Shown: piece after piece, positions 21,101-29,647 of the stretch | Layout: each line of letters opens with the position of its first letter | Position numbering within the stretch: the stretch's first letter is position 1 | Virus record (IMG/VR): IMGVR_UViG_3300028364_000020 | Location: 1-41,509 of that record | DNA from: a virus | Lineage: Duplodnaviria; Heunggongvirae; Uroviricota; Caudoviricetes | Length of the DNA stretch: 41,509 bases | Strand: one strand, 5' to 3' | Program-made: the position numbers and the translations under genes | The notes under the pieces: model-generated | What the model was told of the DNA's origin: nothing | Seen by the model: only the letters and a program-made list of their open reading frames with translations | Database searches by the model: none

Positions 21101-21374
21101 TGGGATTACTGGTCAATATTGTAGAGTTGATAGTGGCGGTAAAACAAGAGCGTTTGCTGTATTTGATGATGATGATGGTTTCTTAAAATTTATGGTTGAT
21201 AGAGTCAGAAGTAAAGGATTCAATAGTGATAATGCTAATGATTGGGTAACAACATATATTAATCGATGGTGGTCACCAGCGGATAAAGCTAATTTTAATT
21301 TAGGAACACCTACATTTAATCAAAAATTAGCTATTTATAATTCAGCTATTAAAAGATGGGACCAATTTGCATAA
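15123..21374 (+). CDS. Baseplate hub protein with C-terminal M15-type Zn peptidase and lysozyme-like domains
   Basis: About 2,083 aa from ATG 15123. Hub-like end segment (KAQVEMMGNAMIQPMMYFQLDNIPMFHGAYMITGVKH); ITSMYR...SPHGWGIAVD...EEHWHWEY (M15); AIMFAEA...FNYSGVQ...FAVF (GH73/lysozyme-like). Confidence 0.7.
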   Translation: MENKIGCSAGKLTIVDPNDRDGFDSSNNMSVPLEDLNISVILRTSRKARTVLSTTGESSSVESSSKISVNFIEGSETGAGKSLTTKYTDLTTVFDKGTLNSETLGITNIDISFNPSMAPMISIDFVDVRGSSIFQNEENISGNNSGNKYGVFFQLPYPLFELEIKGYYGKPVTYCLHMLKFNAKFNSKTGNFEIQCQFVGYTYAMLSDLIIGYMKAIPYTEIGKSIYAAINLKRTSKILDLNELMIAIGKINEGIPKISNNSDASKNLNSINEALKLIDEIKNNLNILGVALDVIPELARPEFTFIIKPNNKKPDIVNKAINDYTSMISLNIEKFNKLTTNIVTLKLIDFTDLTTIGIDKGLTVFETKKSLSGSETDDYLTGVIGSFDGMLQYKKNINNYLNKYYKNGLSDDLVFDAYNLTKIYKTLANSVNELKKTEKNTKMVLAEELKNSFSNNLSFEPTVKNITEIFTVAIEVMMETIYTVSNAAELNITRTEELAKKFTTDLVSSTDIKKNSINKNKFFAWPDYKEKEIDGNFVDKYLGDYGVLENPQLVDELNFIDDLLKAFIISQELTNQVETEIATIETTWFPVNPLDTKLFNEQEPYARTTYTTKEEVIRMIIHRGITFLGYTNGSNTLDVENKEIEVMAKIEVDAIVRNITNKTLLQSISQLSLEDYINVKIDKNDGFKNLLIKAENNYIYANPRAERRESIIPISDTFSGEWLISPDELKEKARWDNNANKATDSFFLTNYHGDGLSNKKPIDGSMYMKIIPVDSFKNNVKLFPTSDNIETESLFDLAKMSDDTVDSTAGYNSFGGSLGIQEYVKMDFGGSIGSKLPLMYVFYRNSASKGLSRSRKLSADKITPLKTKYDFDKESLMTTRSTPKEKEKFFLDNEDNVLHEDIGLNRELFNALINGDTSITFPYFEQPAFDTSFTTGFGTEEYRSSTDNHSFSLFGSKFYYGQSRAKIESQDGSIYFCGNYSKAFLFLNNLPWNTSDGSPFEVNEIKHLFNQKAGFIHSPRLWCAWVGSILWRLSSEDPIIEGGLLIGGGSGVSDGNRTNDNPKDPIFWSKNGETLWDVTFGGNHDRDELLQWLEWGLSLGKDYVNIDKDSLFRRLPIQVIEEFKNSFFSFVNGTDDKVSWNELKNELEIFSGNSTEFNSFLNTIKNAVNEKNDTISVVNYINDKFKSKNYVIMTPIGPPRNESNVSSRDNDYLALEMGGNYATNSGVKALIDAMKQEVIIVNNNYKIWRDETDSGNNRYINSVSVASFNIYLSALITEIKTQIDSFSPTLIKRKIEQQVFGTTDESVIKFILYTTCKNINDKWLAGATDPKNLIFQCGDSSSRSVRSKVDLELAKNNGRDTPSLIDSFRFVSRSFQDIGDKLFINPIPVNNYLIKSPNTSAYDAISGLLDSNKFVFNALPTFVNYKDPENLKAMFGTYPNYEEAIANGSCGPNFVCVYAGQPSKHLDFNNSEYGNDSFDFECNDGNVSTDAPNDFTTDISDGEDPVAVFKVAYGQQNQNIFKDILLDQSEFIETDESLQIQEDISQKGGQTNRSLAGQNIFNVYSVRSYKAQVEMMGNAMIQPMMYFQLDNIPMFHGAYMITGVKHNIKPNYMSTVFTGTRTRYSDTPLITAYDLFMSLTDSIDTENAGTGVIDGETGSFKTGSYAPIIQTIIENGSLNSIIESNNITLTKIDKIKYISFELDPDKRMLTEAAVPLTNMLTDWGKWMSENDFTPVSGSGDNAIHAYITSMYRVRPKQNSPHGWGIAVDLQMFRRNGSEGIFRNEFTTGSPAKFFNFEENPAIGWLYRNSYKYGFVQPYWANDGQGLGKVNGEEHWHWEYHGKSAICMLRNRPIPGAGGNKASDNPLSEIKEELIKPFVKNPKGKDGKEAVYIGCNYKTINASDRQNGIEGAIGCKSPKYDFKFQNPIPEPTLIGYNTTVNKIKLITSDIGLGKAVFAIMFAEASKNAERTSFKSAGGFNYSGVQTDGGKWGSPGITGQYCRVDSGGKTRAFAVFDDDDGFLKFMVDRVRSKGFNSDNANDWVTTYINRWWSPADKANFNLGTPTFNQKLAIYNSAIKRWDQFA

Positions 21375-21397
21375 TTTAAAATAATTTAGTAACTTTG
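21366..21397 (+). promoter_or_regulatory. Bacteroidota-type primary-sigma promoter (possibly giving a near-leaderless mRNA)
   Basis: TTTG (21366-21369), N20, TAACTTTG (21390-21397); ATG at 21402. Confidence 0.6.
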
Positions 21398-21401
21398 CTT
21401 T

Positions 21402-22037
21402 ATGAAAATAGCAAATATAGTCTCAACACATTCAGTAAATGTAAGTAAAGCATTTAATATTGTGGGTTCCATGGATGAAATCATCCATGGAATACCCACT
21501 TTAATTTTAGGGTTTTATTATGTGAACAATAATTATCCAGATTTTGATATTTTGGAGAGAAAATTGGGTGAAAACCTATATTGGACATTCAAAAAAACAG
21601 AAAGAAGAGATAAATACGAGGAAGATTTGAGATGGTTTGTTAATTTAGTGGTATCACAATTATTTGATAAAATTTCATATGTTTTTGTAGACGTAATACA
21701 ATTTTCAGACATTACCATTAAAAAAATAGTGAAAAAATTCTTTAATATGGAGAATAAAATAAGCTATCAAAATGGTCAAATGATTTATATATATGCGGAA
21801 AATATTATACTAGGGATAGATTTAAAATTATTGAGATTTGTAGGTATAAATGTTTCTAAGATTAAAAATAAAATTAAGGCTAAAAGTTCTGTGTTTTTCA
21901 CAGATGATACCATATTTATAGAGGATAAAACTAATATAACTGGACTTGAAAATAATGTTCGTTATACACCATTTTTATTTTCAATAACAAACAATGAAGA
22001 AAACAGTCCTACTAGCATCATTCATAAATCCAAATAA
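21402..22037 (+). CDS. Hypothetical protein
   Basis: 211 aa ORF on the coding strand with a promoter just upstream; no motif recognised. Confidence 0.6.
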   Translation: MKIANIVSTHSVNVSKAFNIVGSMDEIIHGIPTLILGFYYVNNNYPDFDILERKLGENLYWTFKKTERRDKYEEDLRWFVNLVVSQLFDKISYVFVDVIQFSDITIKKIVKKFFNMENKISYQNGQMIYIYAENIILGIDLKLLRFVGINVSKIKNKIKAKSSVFFTDDTIFIEDKTNITGLENNVRYTPFLFSITNNEENSPTSIIHKSK

Positions 22038-22398
22038 AATCGATTATTTTCTAAACTATTTAGAAAATGATTTTAATATAAAAAAAAATAAAGTTTTTAT
22101 ATTTAAAAATATAGATGATGACTCAAAACTAATTTTTACTTTTAGAGTAAACGTATTGAAGGATGAACCAATAAATATAAAAGAAATGTTCCCAAATTCA
22201 ATCATAATCCATAAAAGATTAAACGTTTTATACACAATAAATGGTTTAAATCTTTTAATAAAAGAAAAATATCCAGACACCTATGATTTTATTGAAAACA
22301 AAACAGTAAAATTAAATTGGAGTGAATACAATAATAAAATAATATTAATTAGTAATAAAGAACTTAAAATTTTAAGTATAAGTCGAGTTTTTAATTAA
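21994..22398 (+). CDS. Hypothetical protein
   Basis: 134 aa ORF overlapping the previous gene end; no motif recognised. Confidence 0.55.
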   Translation: MKKTVLLASFINPNKIDYFLNYLENDFNIKKNKVFIFKNIDDDSKLIFTFRVNVLKDEPINIKEMFPNSIIIHKRLNVLYTINGLNLLIKEKYPDTYDFIENKTVKLNWSEYNNKIILISNKELKILSISRVFN

Positions 22399-22447
22399 AT
22401 TAAGATATTTATATATAACAATAATTTAAATAAAAAATTAATTTAAT

Positions 22448-22636
22448 ATGGAAGATAAGAAACAAAATAACAAAAAAACACAACTAAATAGTGATTTAGA
22501 CGAATTTTTAGATACTACCAATGAATATAAACCAAATTGTCCTGATGGTGTTTGCATTATCAAAGGTGATAGAAGTTTGGTTGAAAGAATAAATAAAAAA
22601 ATAATTACAGAAGACGGAAGACAACTATTATACTAA
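22448..22636 (+). CDS. Small hypothetical protein (CPDGVC motif)
   Basis: 62 aa; stop overlaps the next ATG (TAATG). Confidence 0.55.
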   Translation: MEDKKQNNKKTQLNSDLDEFLDTTNEYKPNCPDGVCIIKGDRSLVERINKKIITEDGRQLLY

Positions 22637-23421
22637 TGTTTAAAAAAACTAAACTAAACCCAGAATTACTGAAAGAAGAATTGAAACGTTTTAAAGTATT
22701 AGAAAGTTATGATTTCTACCAAGAAAGGAAAGAAGAACCAAAGTACGATGAGGGGTTATACGAAGCTGAAGAAGAAGAAGAAACAAATGAGGATTTACCA
22801 CCTACAGATAATGAACCTGATAGCGACATAGATATGGCAGCTGCTGGTGAAATTGGTGATGAACTAGGGTTAGATGCTGACCCAGAAGCCCCAGTTGGAG
22901 AACTCCCAGAACCAGAAGCGGAACCAGAAGGAGAGTTAGAACCAGAGACTCCAGATGAATTAGGAGAACCTATGGAAGAACCAGTTGATGACGAAGTAGA
23001 GATTGACGTTACTTCTTTAGTTCAAGGCTCAGAAGAAGCTAAATCAGCGGCAGAAGAAGCCAGTAAAAACTCAGAAATGTTGTTATCAAAATTAAGTGAT
23101 TTAGAAAACAGAATTGCTAAAATGGATGCCGTTTCAAGTAAAATTGAAAATTTAGAAAAAGAAATTATAAAAAGAAACCCAACACCAGTTGAAAAACTAG
23201 AGATGCGTTCACTAGATTCATTTCCATACAGCCAGAAATTAACTGACTATTGGAAAGATAAAGAAGGAGCATATGATGTTATGGGTAATGAAGAAATAAA
23301 AAAGAAAGAATACGTTCTTAAAAAAAGTGATGTAGATTATTCTTACAGTGAACCAAACGTTAAAAAAAGTTTTGGTTTTGACGATAATAAATTCGAAGAA
23401 GAAGATGATAACGAATTTTAA
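22636..23421 (+). CDS. Very acidic protein with Pro/Glu linker and coiled coil, possible scaffold/core protein
   Basis: Glu/Asp/Pro-rich middle part and heptad-like LSKLSDLENRIAKMDAVSSKIENLEKEI segment; function inferred only. Confidence 0.45.
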   Translation: MFKKTKLNPELLKEELKRFKVLESYDFYQERKEEPKYDEGLYEAEEEEETNEDLPPTDNEPDSDIDMAAAGEIGDELGLDADPEAPVGELPEPEAEPEGELEPETPDELGEPMEEPVDDEVEIDVTSLVQGSEEAKSAAEEASKNSEMLLSKLSDLENRIAKMDAVSSKIENLEKEIIKRNPTPVEKLEMRSLDSFPYSQKLTDYWKDKEGAYDVMGNEEIKKKEYVLKKSDVDYSYSEPNVKKSFGFDDNKFEEEDDNEF

Positions 23422-23432
23422 ATAAAAAAAAG

Positions 23433-23462
23433 TTGTTAAAAATATTTTTATTAGTATCTTTG
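23433..23462 (+). promoter_or_regulatory. Bacteroidota-type primary-sigma promoter upstream of the replication block
   Basis: TTG (23433-23435), N19, TATCTTTG (23455-23462). Confidence 0.7.
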
Positions 23463-23554
23463 TATGTAATTATTACGATACGATTTACTTTTAAATAAAA
23501 TTAATTATATTTATATGTAATTACACATAAGCATAACAAATAAAGCAAAAAAAC

Positions 23555-24436
23555 ATGAGCACAGGACAAGACAAATTACTAGCTATGATAGCACAGTACG
23601 AAAAAAACAACTCACCAAAGTTTGAGAAAAAAGAAGTAAAGGTTTATGATTTAGCCAACTACTTTACAACTTATCTCCCAAAAGGAACAAACTCAGCCAC
23701 AAAACAAATCAGAATTATCCCTACGGAAAGTGGTTCACCTTTTCAAGATTTTTTTGGACATAAAGTTCAAGTAGATGGTGAATGGAAAACATTTGCATGT
23801 TTAAAAGCCGAAAATAATGAAGCGTGTCCATTTTGTGAAGCACGAGAAGCATTGATGGCTACTGGTAAAGATTCTGATAGAGAATATGCAAAAAAGTACA
23901 ACCAAAAACAAATGTATATTGTTAAAGTAATTGATAGAGAGAACGAAGCAGATGGAGTTAAATTCTGGAGATTTAATCACAGTTACAGTAAAGATGGTGT
24001 TTACGATAAAGTTATCGGTATTTTAAATGCGATTAAAAAAGATATTACTGACGAAGAAACTGGTCGTGATTTATTATTAACAATCACTAGAAACTCAAGA
24101 GACATCGCAATCGTATCTGGGATAGCTACTTTGGACCCAACCCCATTAACTTTAGACCCAGCACTTAAAGAATTGTGGGTAAATGATACTAGAACTTGGA
24201 GAGATGTTTACGCTGAAAGAAATTACGAATATTTAGAAATTATAGTAAATGGTGGAATTCCTGTATGGGACAAAGAAGAAAAGAAATTCGTAAACAGTTT
24301 AACCAAAGACAAGGTAGAAGAAACTAAAGATGTTAATTCAGGTATTGAAAGCGTTAAAAACAAAATGCAACTTACCACTACCGCTGTAGAAGAAAATAAA
24401 GTTGATGTAGATGAAAATGATGATTTACCATTTTAG
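23555..24436 (+). CDS. Single-stranded DNA-binding protein (T4 gp32-like)
   Basis: IRIIP...FACL...CPFCEA Zn-site pattern, YIVKVIDRENEADGVKFWRF, acidic tail ending DDLPF. Confidence 0.85.
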   Translation: MSTGQDKLLAMIAQYEKNNSPKFEKKEVKVYDLANYFTTYLPKGTNSATKQIRIIPTESGSPFQDFFGHKVQVDGEWKTFACLKAENNEACPFCEAREALMATGKDSDREYAKKYNQKQMYIVKVIDRENEADGVKFWRFNHSYSKDGVYDKVIGILNAIKKDITDEETGRDLLLTITRNSRDIAIVSGIATLDPTPLTLDPALKELWVNDTRTWRDVYAERNYEYLEIIVNGGIPVWDKEEKKFVNSLTKDKVEETKDVNSGIESVKNKMQLTTTAVEENKVDVDENDDLPF

Positions 24437-24459
24437 TGAACCTAAAATAAAATAAAACA

Positions 24460-24487
24460 AAAAAAGAGGTGTATAACCTCTTTTTTT
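24460..24487 (+). terminator. Rho-independent terminator
   Basis: AAAAAAGAGGT-GTATA-ACCTCTTTTTTT. Confidence 0.85.
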
Positions 24488-24520
24488 ATCTAAAATAATT
24501 AAATTTTAAAAATAAGTTAA

Positions 24521-25633
24521 ATGATTAAAAAGCATCCAGAAAAGAAACCATTAACCAAAGTTGGGTTTAGTAACAAAGATTTCAAAAAAAGTATTGGGTT
24601 AGGTGAACAAGTAGTTAAGGAAAAAGAATTAACATGGTTACCTTTCAAAAAAGCATTCCATGACGCTGTCGGATTACCAGGAGTACCAAGAGGTTATACA
24701 TCACAATTTAGAGGGTTTTCAGACGTTGGTAAATCAACTGGAATTTATGAATCGTTAGCTGGTGCCCAAAAAATAGGTGACTATTGTATAATCATAGACA
24801 CTGAAGGTAGTTTTAATTGGGAACACGCCAGACTAGTTGGTTTTAATTTTAATGAAACAGTAGACGAAGAAACGGGTGAGATTTTAGACTACGATGGTGA
24901 CGACTTTATGTATTTTGGTGGTAGTGATTTATTAGCATTATATCAAAACTTTGATTATAAAGACGCTAAAATGAAAACTACACCTCAAAGATATATCCCA
25001 GTTGTTGAAGACGTTGCAAAATTAATAAACGAGTTGTTAGATAAACAAGAAAAAGGTGAGTTACCATACAATTTAGTCTTTCTTTGGGATTCAATTGGTT
25101 CTATAGGTTGTTATCAAGGTGCGGTTTCAAACACGAACAACAATCAATGGACTGCTGGAGCACTTAAAAGAGAATTCGAATCAATATTAAATTTTAGAAT
25201 ACCAGCTTCAAGACGTGAAAGTTCTTTATACACAAACACATTTGTTGCGGTTCAAAAAATATGGTTAAGACCTAATGCGGTCGGACAACCAACGGTTATG
25301 CATAATGGTGGTGAAGGATTTAAATACGGTGTAAGATTAATTTTCCACATGGGTGGTATGACAACTTCATCAAGTAAAAAATTAGATGCTGTAAGTGGTG
25401 GTCAAAGCTATAATTTTGGTGTCAGAACTGATATTAAGTGTGTTAAAAACCACGTAAATGGAATCGAATATTCTGGTTCTATTTGTTCAACACCACACGG
25501 TTTTTTAAATCCAGATGAAAAAAACAATTATGTTAAAGTTAATAAAGACTTTATCAATGCTAAGTTAGGTACTAATTTTGAAGAATTCGAAGTTACGGAA
25601 GAAACTATCCCTGAAGAAAGCTTCAGTAAATAA
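24521..25633 (+). CDS. recA: RecA/UvsX-like recombinase
   Basis: Walker A GFSDVGKST, IIDTEGS, FLWDSIG and GGEGFKY motifs. Confidence 0.85.
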   Translation: MIKKHPEKKPLTKVGFSNKDFKKSIGLGEQVVKEKELTWLPFKKAFHDAVGLPGVPRGYTSQFRGFSDVGKSTGIYESLAGAQKIGDYCIIIDTEGSFNWEHARLVGFNFNETVDEETGEILDYDGDDFMYFGGSDLLALYQNFDYKDAKMKTTPQRYIPVVEDVAKLINELLDKQEKGELPYNLVFLWDSIGSIGCYQGAVSNTNNNQWTAGALKREFESILNFRIPASRRESSLYTNTFVAVQKIWLRPNAVGQPTVMHNGGEGFKYGVRLIFHMGGMTTSSSKKLDAVSGGQSYNFGVRTDIKCVKNHVNGIEYSGSICSTPHGFLNPDEKNNYVKVNKDFINAKLGTNFEEFEVTEETIPEESFSK

Positions 25634-25671
25634 AAAAAAACAAAAGAATATTAATTTTTAAATTATTTATT

Positions 25672-26724
25672 TTGAATAAAAGACCACCAAAAAACGGTGA
25701 AGTAGTAAAAAAAATACAAAACACTTTACTCATAGATGGTTCAGCATTGTTTAAAACTAGTTTTTTTGGAGCTAAAAATAGTTATAATAATAATGGGCAA
25801 CATATAGGCGGTATTTACCAATTTATTACTATATTAAGGATGTTACTATCAGAAGACGTATATCATAGAGTATACGTCTTCTGGGATGGTAATTTCAGTG
25901 GTAAACTAAGGTATGATATATACAAACCATACAAAAGTGATAGAGGTAAAGATTACATCAACGGCACTAAACCAATAGATGAATCCGAACTATTACAAAG
26001 AGAAGTTGTTTGGGAATATTTAAATGAAATGTATATCAGACAGTTAAAGGATGATATAATAGAGGGTGATGACTTTATCGCTTATTATTGTTTAAATAAA
26101 AAAGAAAACGAAAAAATAACCATAGCGACTAACGATAGAGATATGGCTCAGTTAGTTAAGGAAAAAATAAAAATTTATTTCTTAGATTTGAAAAAATACG
26201 TTGGGATAGACAATTTTTCTTCGTACTTTTGTTACCATAGAGACAATGCTGTACTAATGAAAACAATAATTGGCGACAATTCTGATTCAATTAAAGGTAT
26301 AAAAGGTGTTGGGGAAAAAACGCTAATAAAATTATTCCCAGAAATAACTAACCGAAAGTTCTCTATTGAAGAGTTATTAGTTGAGGCTAAGATATTAAGC
26401 GATGAAAGAGTTTTAACTAAAAAGAAACCTTTATTGGCTTTAGAAAACTTACTATATTCCATTACAGATGGTGTTCAAGGTACTAAGGTATATGAAATAA
26501 ATAAACAATTAGTTGACCTTAGTTCTCCAATGATGACTAATAAAGGAATAGCTAATTTAGAAACCTTGATTGAAGGGACATTAGATGATAGTGGTAGAGA
26601 ATTAAAAAACGTACTATCTTTTATGAAAAGAGATGGTTTAGATATAGTAATTGGTGAATATAGATATCCTGATTATTTAGTTCCGTTTAAGAACTTAATT
26701 GCAAGAGAAAAAATAAAATTTTAA
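25672..26724 (+). CDS. 5'-3' exonuclease / flap endonuclease (T4 RNase H-like)
   Basis: LLIDGS, VFWDG, YKPYKSDR, EGDDFIA, TNDRDMAQL, GDNSDSIKGIKGVGEKT motifs; TTG start. Confidence 0.9.
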   Translation: MNKRPPKNGEVVKKIQNTLLIDGSALFKTSFFGAKNSYNNNGQHIGGIYQFITILRMLLSEDVYHRVYVFWDGNFSGKLRYDIYKPYKSDRGKDYINGTKPIDESELLQREVVWEYLNEMYIRQLKDDIIEGDDFIAYYCLNKKENEKITIATNDRDMAQLVKEKIKIYFLDLKKYVGIDNFSSYFCYHRDNAVLMKTIIGDNSDSIKGIKGVGEKTLIKLFPEITNRKFSIEELLVEAKILSDERVLTKKKPLLALENLLYSITDGVQGTKVYEINKQLVDLSSPMMTNKGIANLETLIEGTLDDSGRELKNVLSFMKRDGLDIVIGEYRYPDYLVPFKNLIAREKIKF

Positions 26725-26747
26725 TATAAATAATTAATAATAAACAA

Positions 26748-27221
26748 ATGGAAAATAACAAAGAAGCGTTTAAAAAATTCGACAATGATAGGTTTGAATT
26801 TATCCTTTATGTAAACAATAATATTGTTTGTCAACGAGGTTTTCATATTTTTGATTTTGATGAAAACATGACAAACATGAAAGAAATGTTAGATGAAGTT
26901 TCAGGTATGCATTTAAACGATTTAGGTAGATTAGGTATAATCCCTACATTTTTAAAAAAACAATCGAATGATTATATGTGGTCCAATTACAACCCGTACA
27001 TTGACCAATCGCAAGAAACTTATAAATCACCACCAAAAAAAATGGATGAGTTTAAGTTTCAATTTCTTTTAGATAAAGAAGTTCGTGGGGAATCAATCTT
27101 TCCAAATGAGTTTTTTCACTTATCATTAAAAGTGAATGTAAACATAAAAGAGATAATCCCAGAAATAATTTATGAAATTAGAGAATGTTTTAGTAATAGA
27201 AAATTTACTAATAAAAGATAA
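26748..27221 (+). CDS. Hypothetical protein
   Basis: 157 aa ORF between the exonuclease and helicase genes. Confidence 0.6.
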   Translation: MENNKEAFKKFDNDRFEFILYVNNNIVCQRGFHIFDFDENMTNMKEMLDEVSGMHLNDLGRLGIIPTFLKKQSNDYMWSNYNPYIDQSQETYKSPPKKMDEFKFQFLLDKEVRGESIFPNEFFHLSLKVNVNIKEIIPEIIYEIRECFSNRKFTNKR

Positions 27222-27262
27222 ATTTATATCAAAGTTTGAATTAATAATTAAAAAAATGATAA

Positions 27263-29584
27263 ATGGCGGTGTTAGATAGAGATAGTTTTGGTTATTTAGG
27301 TTACGATTATCAAATTAGACTAATTGCACAATTTATAACGGATAGAAAATTTAGTGAATCTATTTTAGATATCGTTGACCCAAATTATTTTGCTGACTCG
27401 TATTTGAAAATAATTGTTGCTACAATTAAAGATGCACATAGAATTGATAACATAGTACCAGATATTGGTAGTCTACAATTTAGATTATTAGAAGAAGTTA
27501 AAGACGATATACAACAAAAATACGTCATTGCACAACTTAGAAAAATACAAGAAGCCGATTTAAATGATACATTAAAAGTCCAAGACATGGCTATGAGGTT
27601 TTGTAAACAGCAAGACATGTTGAAGACTTTAGTGAATGTTGAAAAACTAAATAAAAGTGGTGGATTGGATAATTTCGACCAAATCGAAGCTATGTTAAGA
27701 AAATCACTCGAAGTTGGTGATAACAAAGACCAAGGAATGAGTGTCTATGACAACATAAGTAGTGTTTTAGATGTTGATTTTAGGAAACCAATACCAACTG
27801 GTATTTCTGGGTTAGACGAAATAATGGATGGTGGTCTATCCAAAGGTGAATTAGGTGTTATATTAGCACCATTTGGTGTTGGTAAAGCACAAGGTGTTTC
27901 GAGTAAAATTTATACTCCAAGTGGTTATTGTTTAATGGGTGATATTAAAGTTGGTGATAGGGTAATTAATAGGTTAGGTAGACAAACAAATGTTACTGGG
28001 GTTTACCCACAAGGTATCAGACCAATTTACCAAGTAAAGTTTAATGATGGAACATCAACAATGTGTGATAAAGAACACTTATGGTCAGTTAATCAACAAA
28101 CTAAATTGGACCCAAACGATGATTTTACTGTTATGAAAACCAGTGATATTATTGAAAAGTTAAATTCTGACCCTAAAGGTGAGTTTAACTATAAGATTCC
28201 AACAGTTAAACCAGTTATTTTTGACGAAAAAGAATTACCGTTAAACCCATACCTTTTGGGGTTATTAATAGGTGATGAATACTTCAAGTCTTCTATAATA
28301 GTAACTAAAGATTTTGAACTGATAGAATACATTAAACAAAGTATGAGTGGTGATTCAACATACGGTGTTGAAATGTATAAAGATGATGTTATCGTAACCA
28401 TAAATCAAATCACCGATGTAATAAAAAAACTTGGGTTATTTGATTCGTCATCTAATAATAAATTTATACCTAAAGAATATCTATATAACTCAATTAACAA
28501 TAGACAAGAGATTCTACAAGGGTTATTAGATAACGATGGTAGTGTTGGAAAAGATGGTAGTGTTGGATATAATACCGTTTCTAAACAGCTATGTGATGAC
28601 GTTAAAGAATTAGTTCTATCTTTGGGTGGTTCTTGTTTAGTTTCTAATAAAGTAGGGGAATTAACTTATAGATTAGTTATTTCATTTCCTAAAGAAAATG
28701 GTGTAGTTCCATTTAAATTAAACAGTAAGTTAGTCAGAGTGGTTAATAACGATAACCACTCTGACAATAAGTTCATAGAAAGTATTGAATATTCACATGA
28801 TGAAGAAGCTAAATGTATTATGGTTGATGACCCAGAGCATTTATATGTTACAGACGATTTTATCGTCACACATAATACAACAATGATGACAAAAATAGCG
28901 AATACTGGAGCTAATGATGGTTATAATGTTTTACAAATATTTTTCGAAGATAACCCAAAAGTTATTCAAAGAAAACACTTATCTTGTTGGACAGGCATCC
29001 CTCTAAATGATTTGTCGTCACATCATGATGAAGTTATGACGATTGTCGCTGAAAAACAAAAGCTAGGTGATTTAAGATTAGTAAAATTTTCAAGCGATGG
29101 GACAACAATACCTATGATTAGACAATATATCCGAAAATTAATCGCACAAGGGTTTAGACCAGACTTAATCTTATTAGACTACATAGATTGCGTTGAACCA
29201 TCAAGAAAATTTGATGATATAAACGCTGGTGAAGGAAGTGTAATGAGACAATTTGAGACGTTGTTATCTGAACTAGATATGGCTGGTTGGACAGCGGTTC
29301 AAGGAAATCGTTGCGTGCGAATAGATACTGAGGTTCAAATAATTAGGTTGGGTAAAACAGAAATAAAGAATGTTATTGAGGGTGATGAAATATTAACAAA
29401 TGATGGGTATAAAAAAATTACTACTGTTTTTCCAATAGAAAAACAACCAGTTTATAAAATTAAATTAAAGTCTGGTAAGGAAATATTTGTTTCTAGTAAA
29501 CATGAATTCCCAGTTAAATGTGGTAAATTAAGGTCAATATCTACTGGGTTAAGTGTTGGTGATAAATTATTAACTAAAAAATAG
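27263..29584 (+). CDS. dnaB: Replicative helicase (DnaB/T4 gp41-like), N-terminal fragment; contains a contiguous intein and ends in a split-intein N half
   Basis: IPTGISGLDEIMDGGL, Walker A APFGVGK|T, LILLDYID, WTAVQGNR followed by CVRIDT... intein start. Confidence 0.9.
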   Translation: MAVLDRDSFGYLGYDYQIRLIAQFITDRKFSESILDIVDPNYFADSYLKIIVATIKDAHRIDNIVPDIGSLQFRLLEEVKDDIQQKYVIAQLRKIQEADLNDTLKVQDMAMRFCKQQDMLKTLVNVEKLNKSGGLDNFDQIEAMLRKSLEVGDNKDQGMSVYDNISSVLDVDFRKPIPTGISGLDEIMDGGLSKGELGVILAPFGVGKAQGVSSKIYTPSGYCLMGDIKVGDRVINRLGRQTNVTGVYPQGIRPIYQVKFNDGTSTMCDKEHLWSVNQQTKLDPNDDFTVMKTSDIIEKLNSDPKGEFNYKIPTVKPVIFDEKELPLNPYLLGLLIGDEYFKSSIIVTKDFELIEYIKQSMSGDSTYGVEMYKDDVIVTINQITDVIKKLGLFDSSSNNKFIPKEYLYNSINNRQEILQGLLDNDGSVGKDGSVGYNTVSKQLCDDVKELVLSLGGSCLVSNKVGELTYRLVISFPKENGVVPFKLNSKLVRVVNNDNHSDNKFIESIEYSHDEEAKCIMVDDPEHLYVTDDFIVTHNTTMMTKIANTGANDGYNVLQIFFEDNPKVIQRKHLSCWTGIPLNDLSSHHDEVMTIVAEKQKLGDLRLVKFSSDGTTIPMIRQYIRKLIAQGFRPDLILLDYIDCVEPSRKFDDINAGEGSVMRQFETLLSELDMAGWTAVQGNRCVRIDTEVQIIRLGKTEIKNVIEGDEILTNDGYKKITTVFPIEKQPVYKIKLKSGKEIFVSSKHEFPVKCGKLRSISTGLSVGDKLLTKK
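27887..28876 (+). mobile_element. Contiguous class 3 intein (330 aa) with LAGLIDADG endonuclease, inserted in the helicase P-loop
   Basis: Ala1 (AQGV), block B EHLW, block F KCIMV, block G THN|T; LLGLLIGDE and LQGLLDNDGS endonuclease motifs. Confidence 0.9.
29312..29581 (+). mobile_element. Split intein N half (90 aa), helicase
   Basis: Cys1 CVRIDTEV, block B VSSKHEF, ends LSVGDKLLTKK then TAG. Confidence 0.9.
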
Positions 29585-29647
29585 TGTAAATATTTCTATT
29601 TCTGTTACTATTTAATTAGTAAGGATTATGGAGTTAAAAAAAAATAA

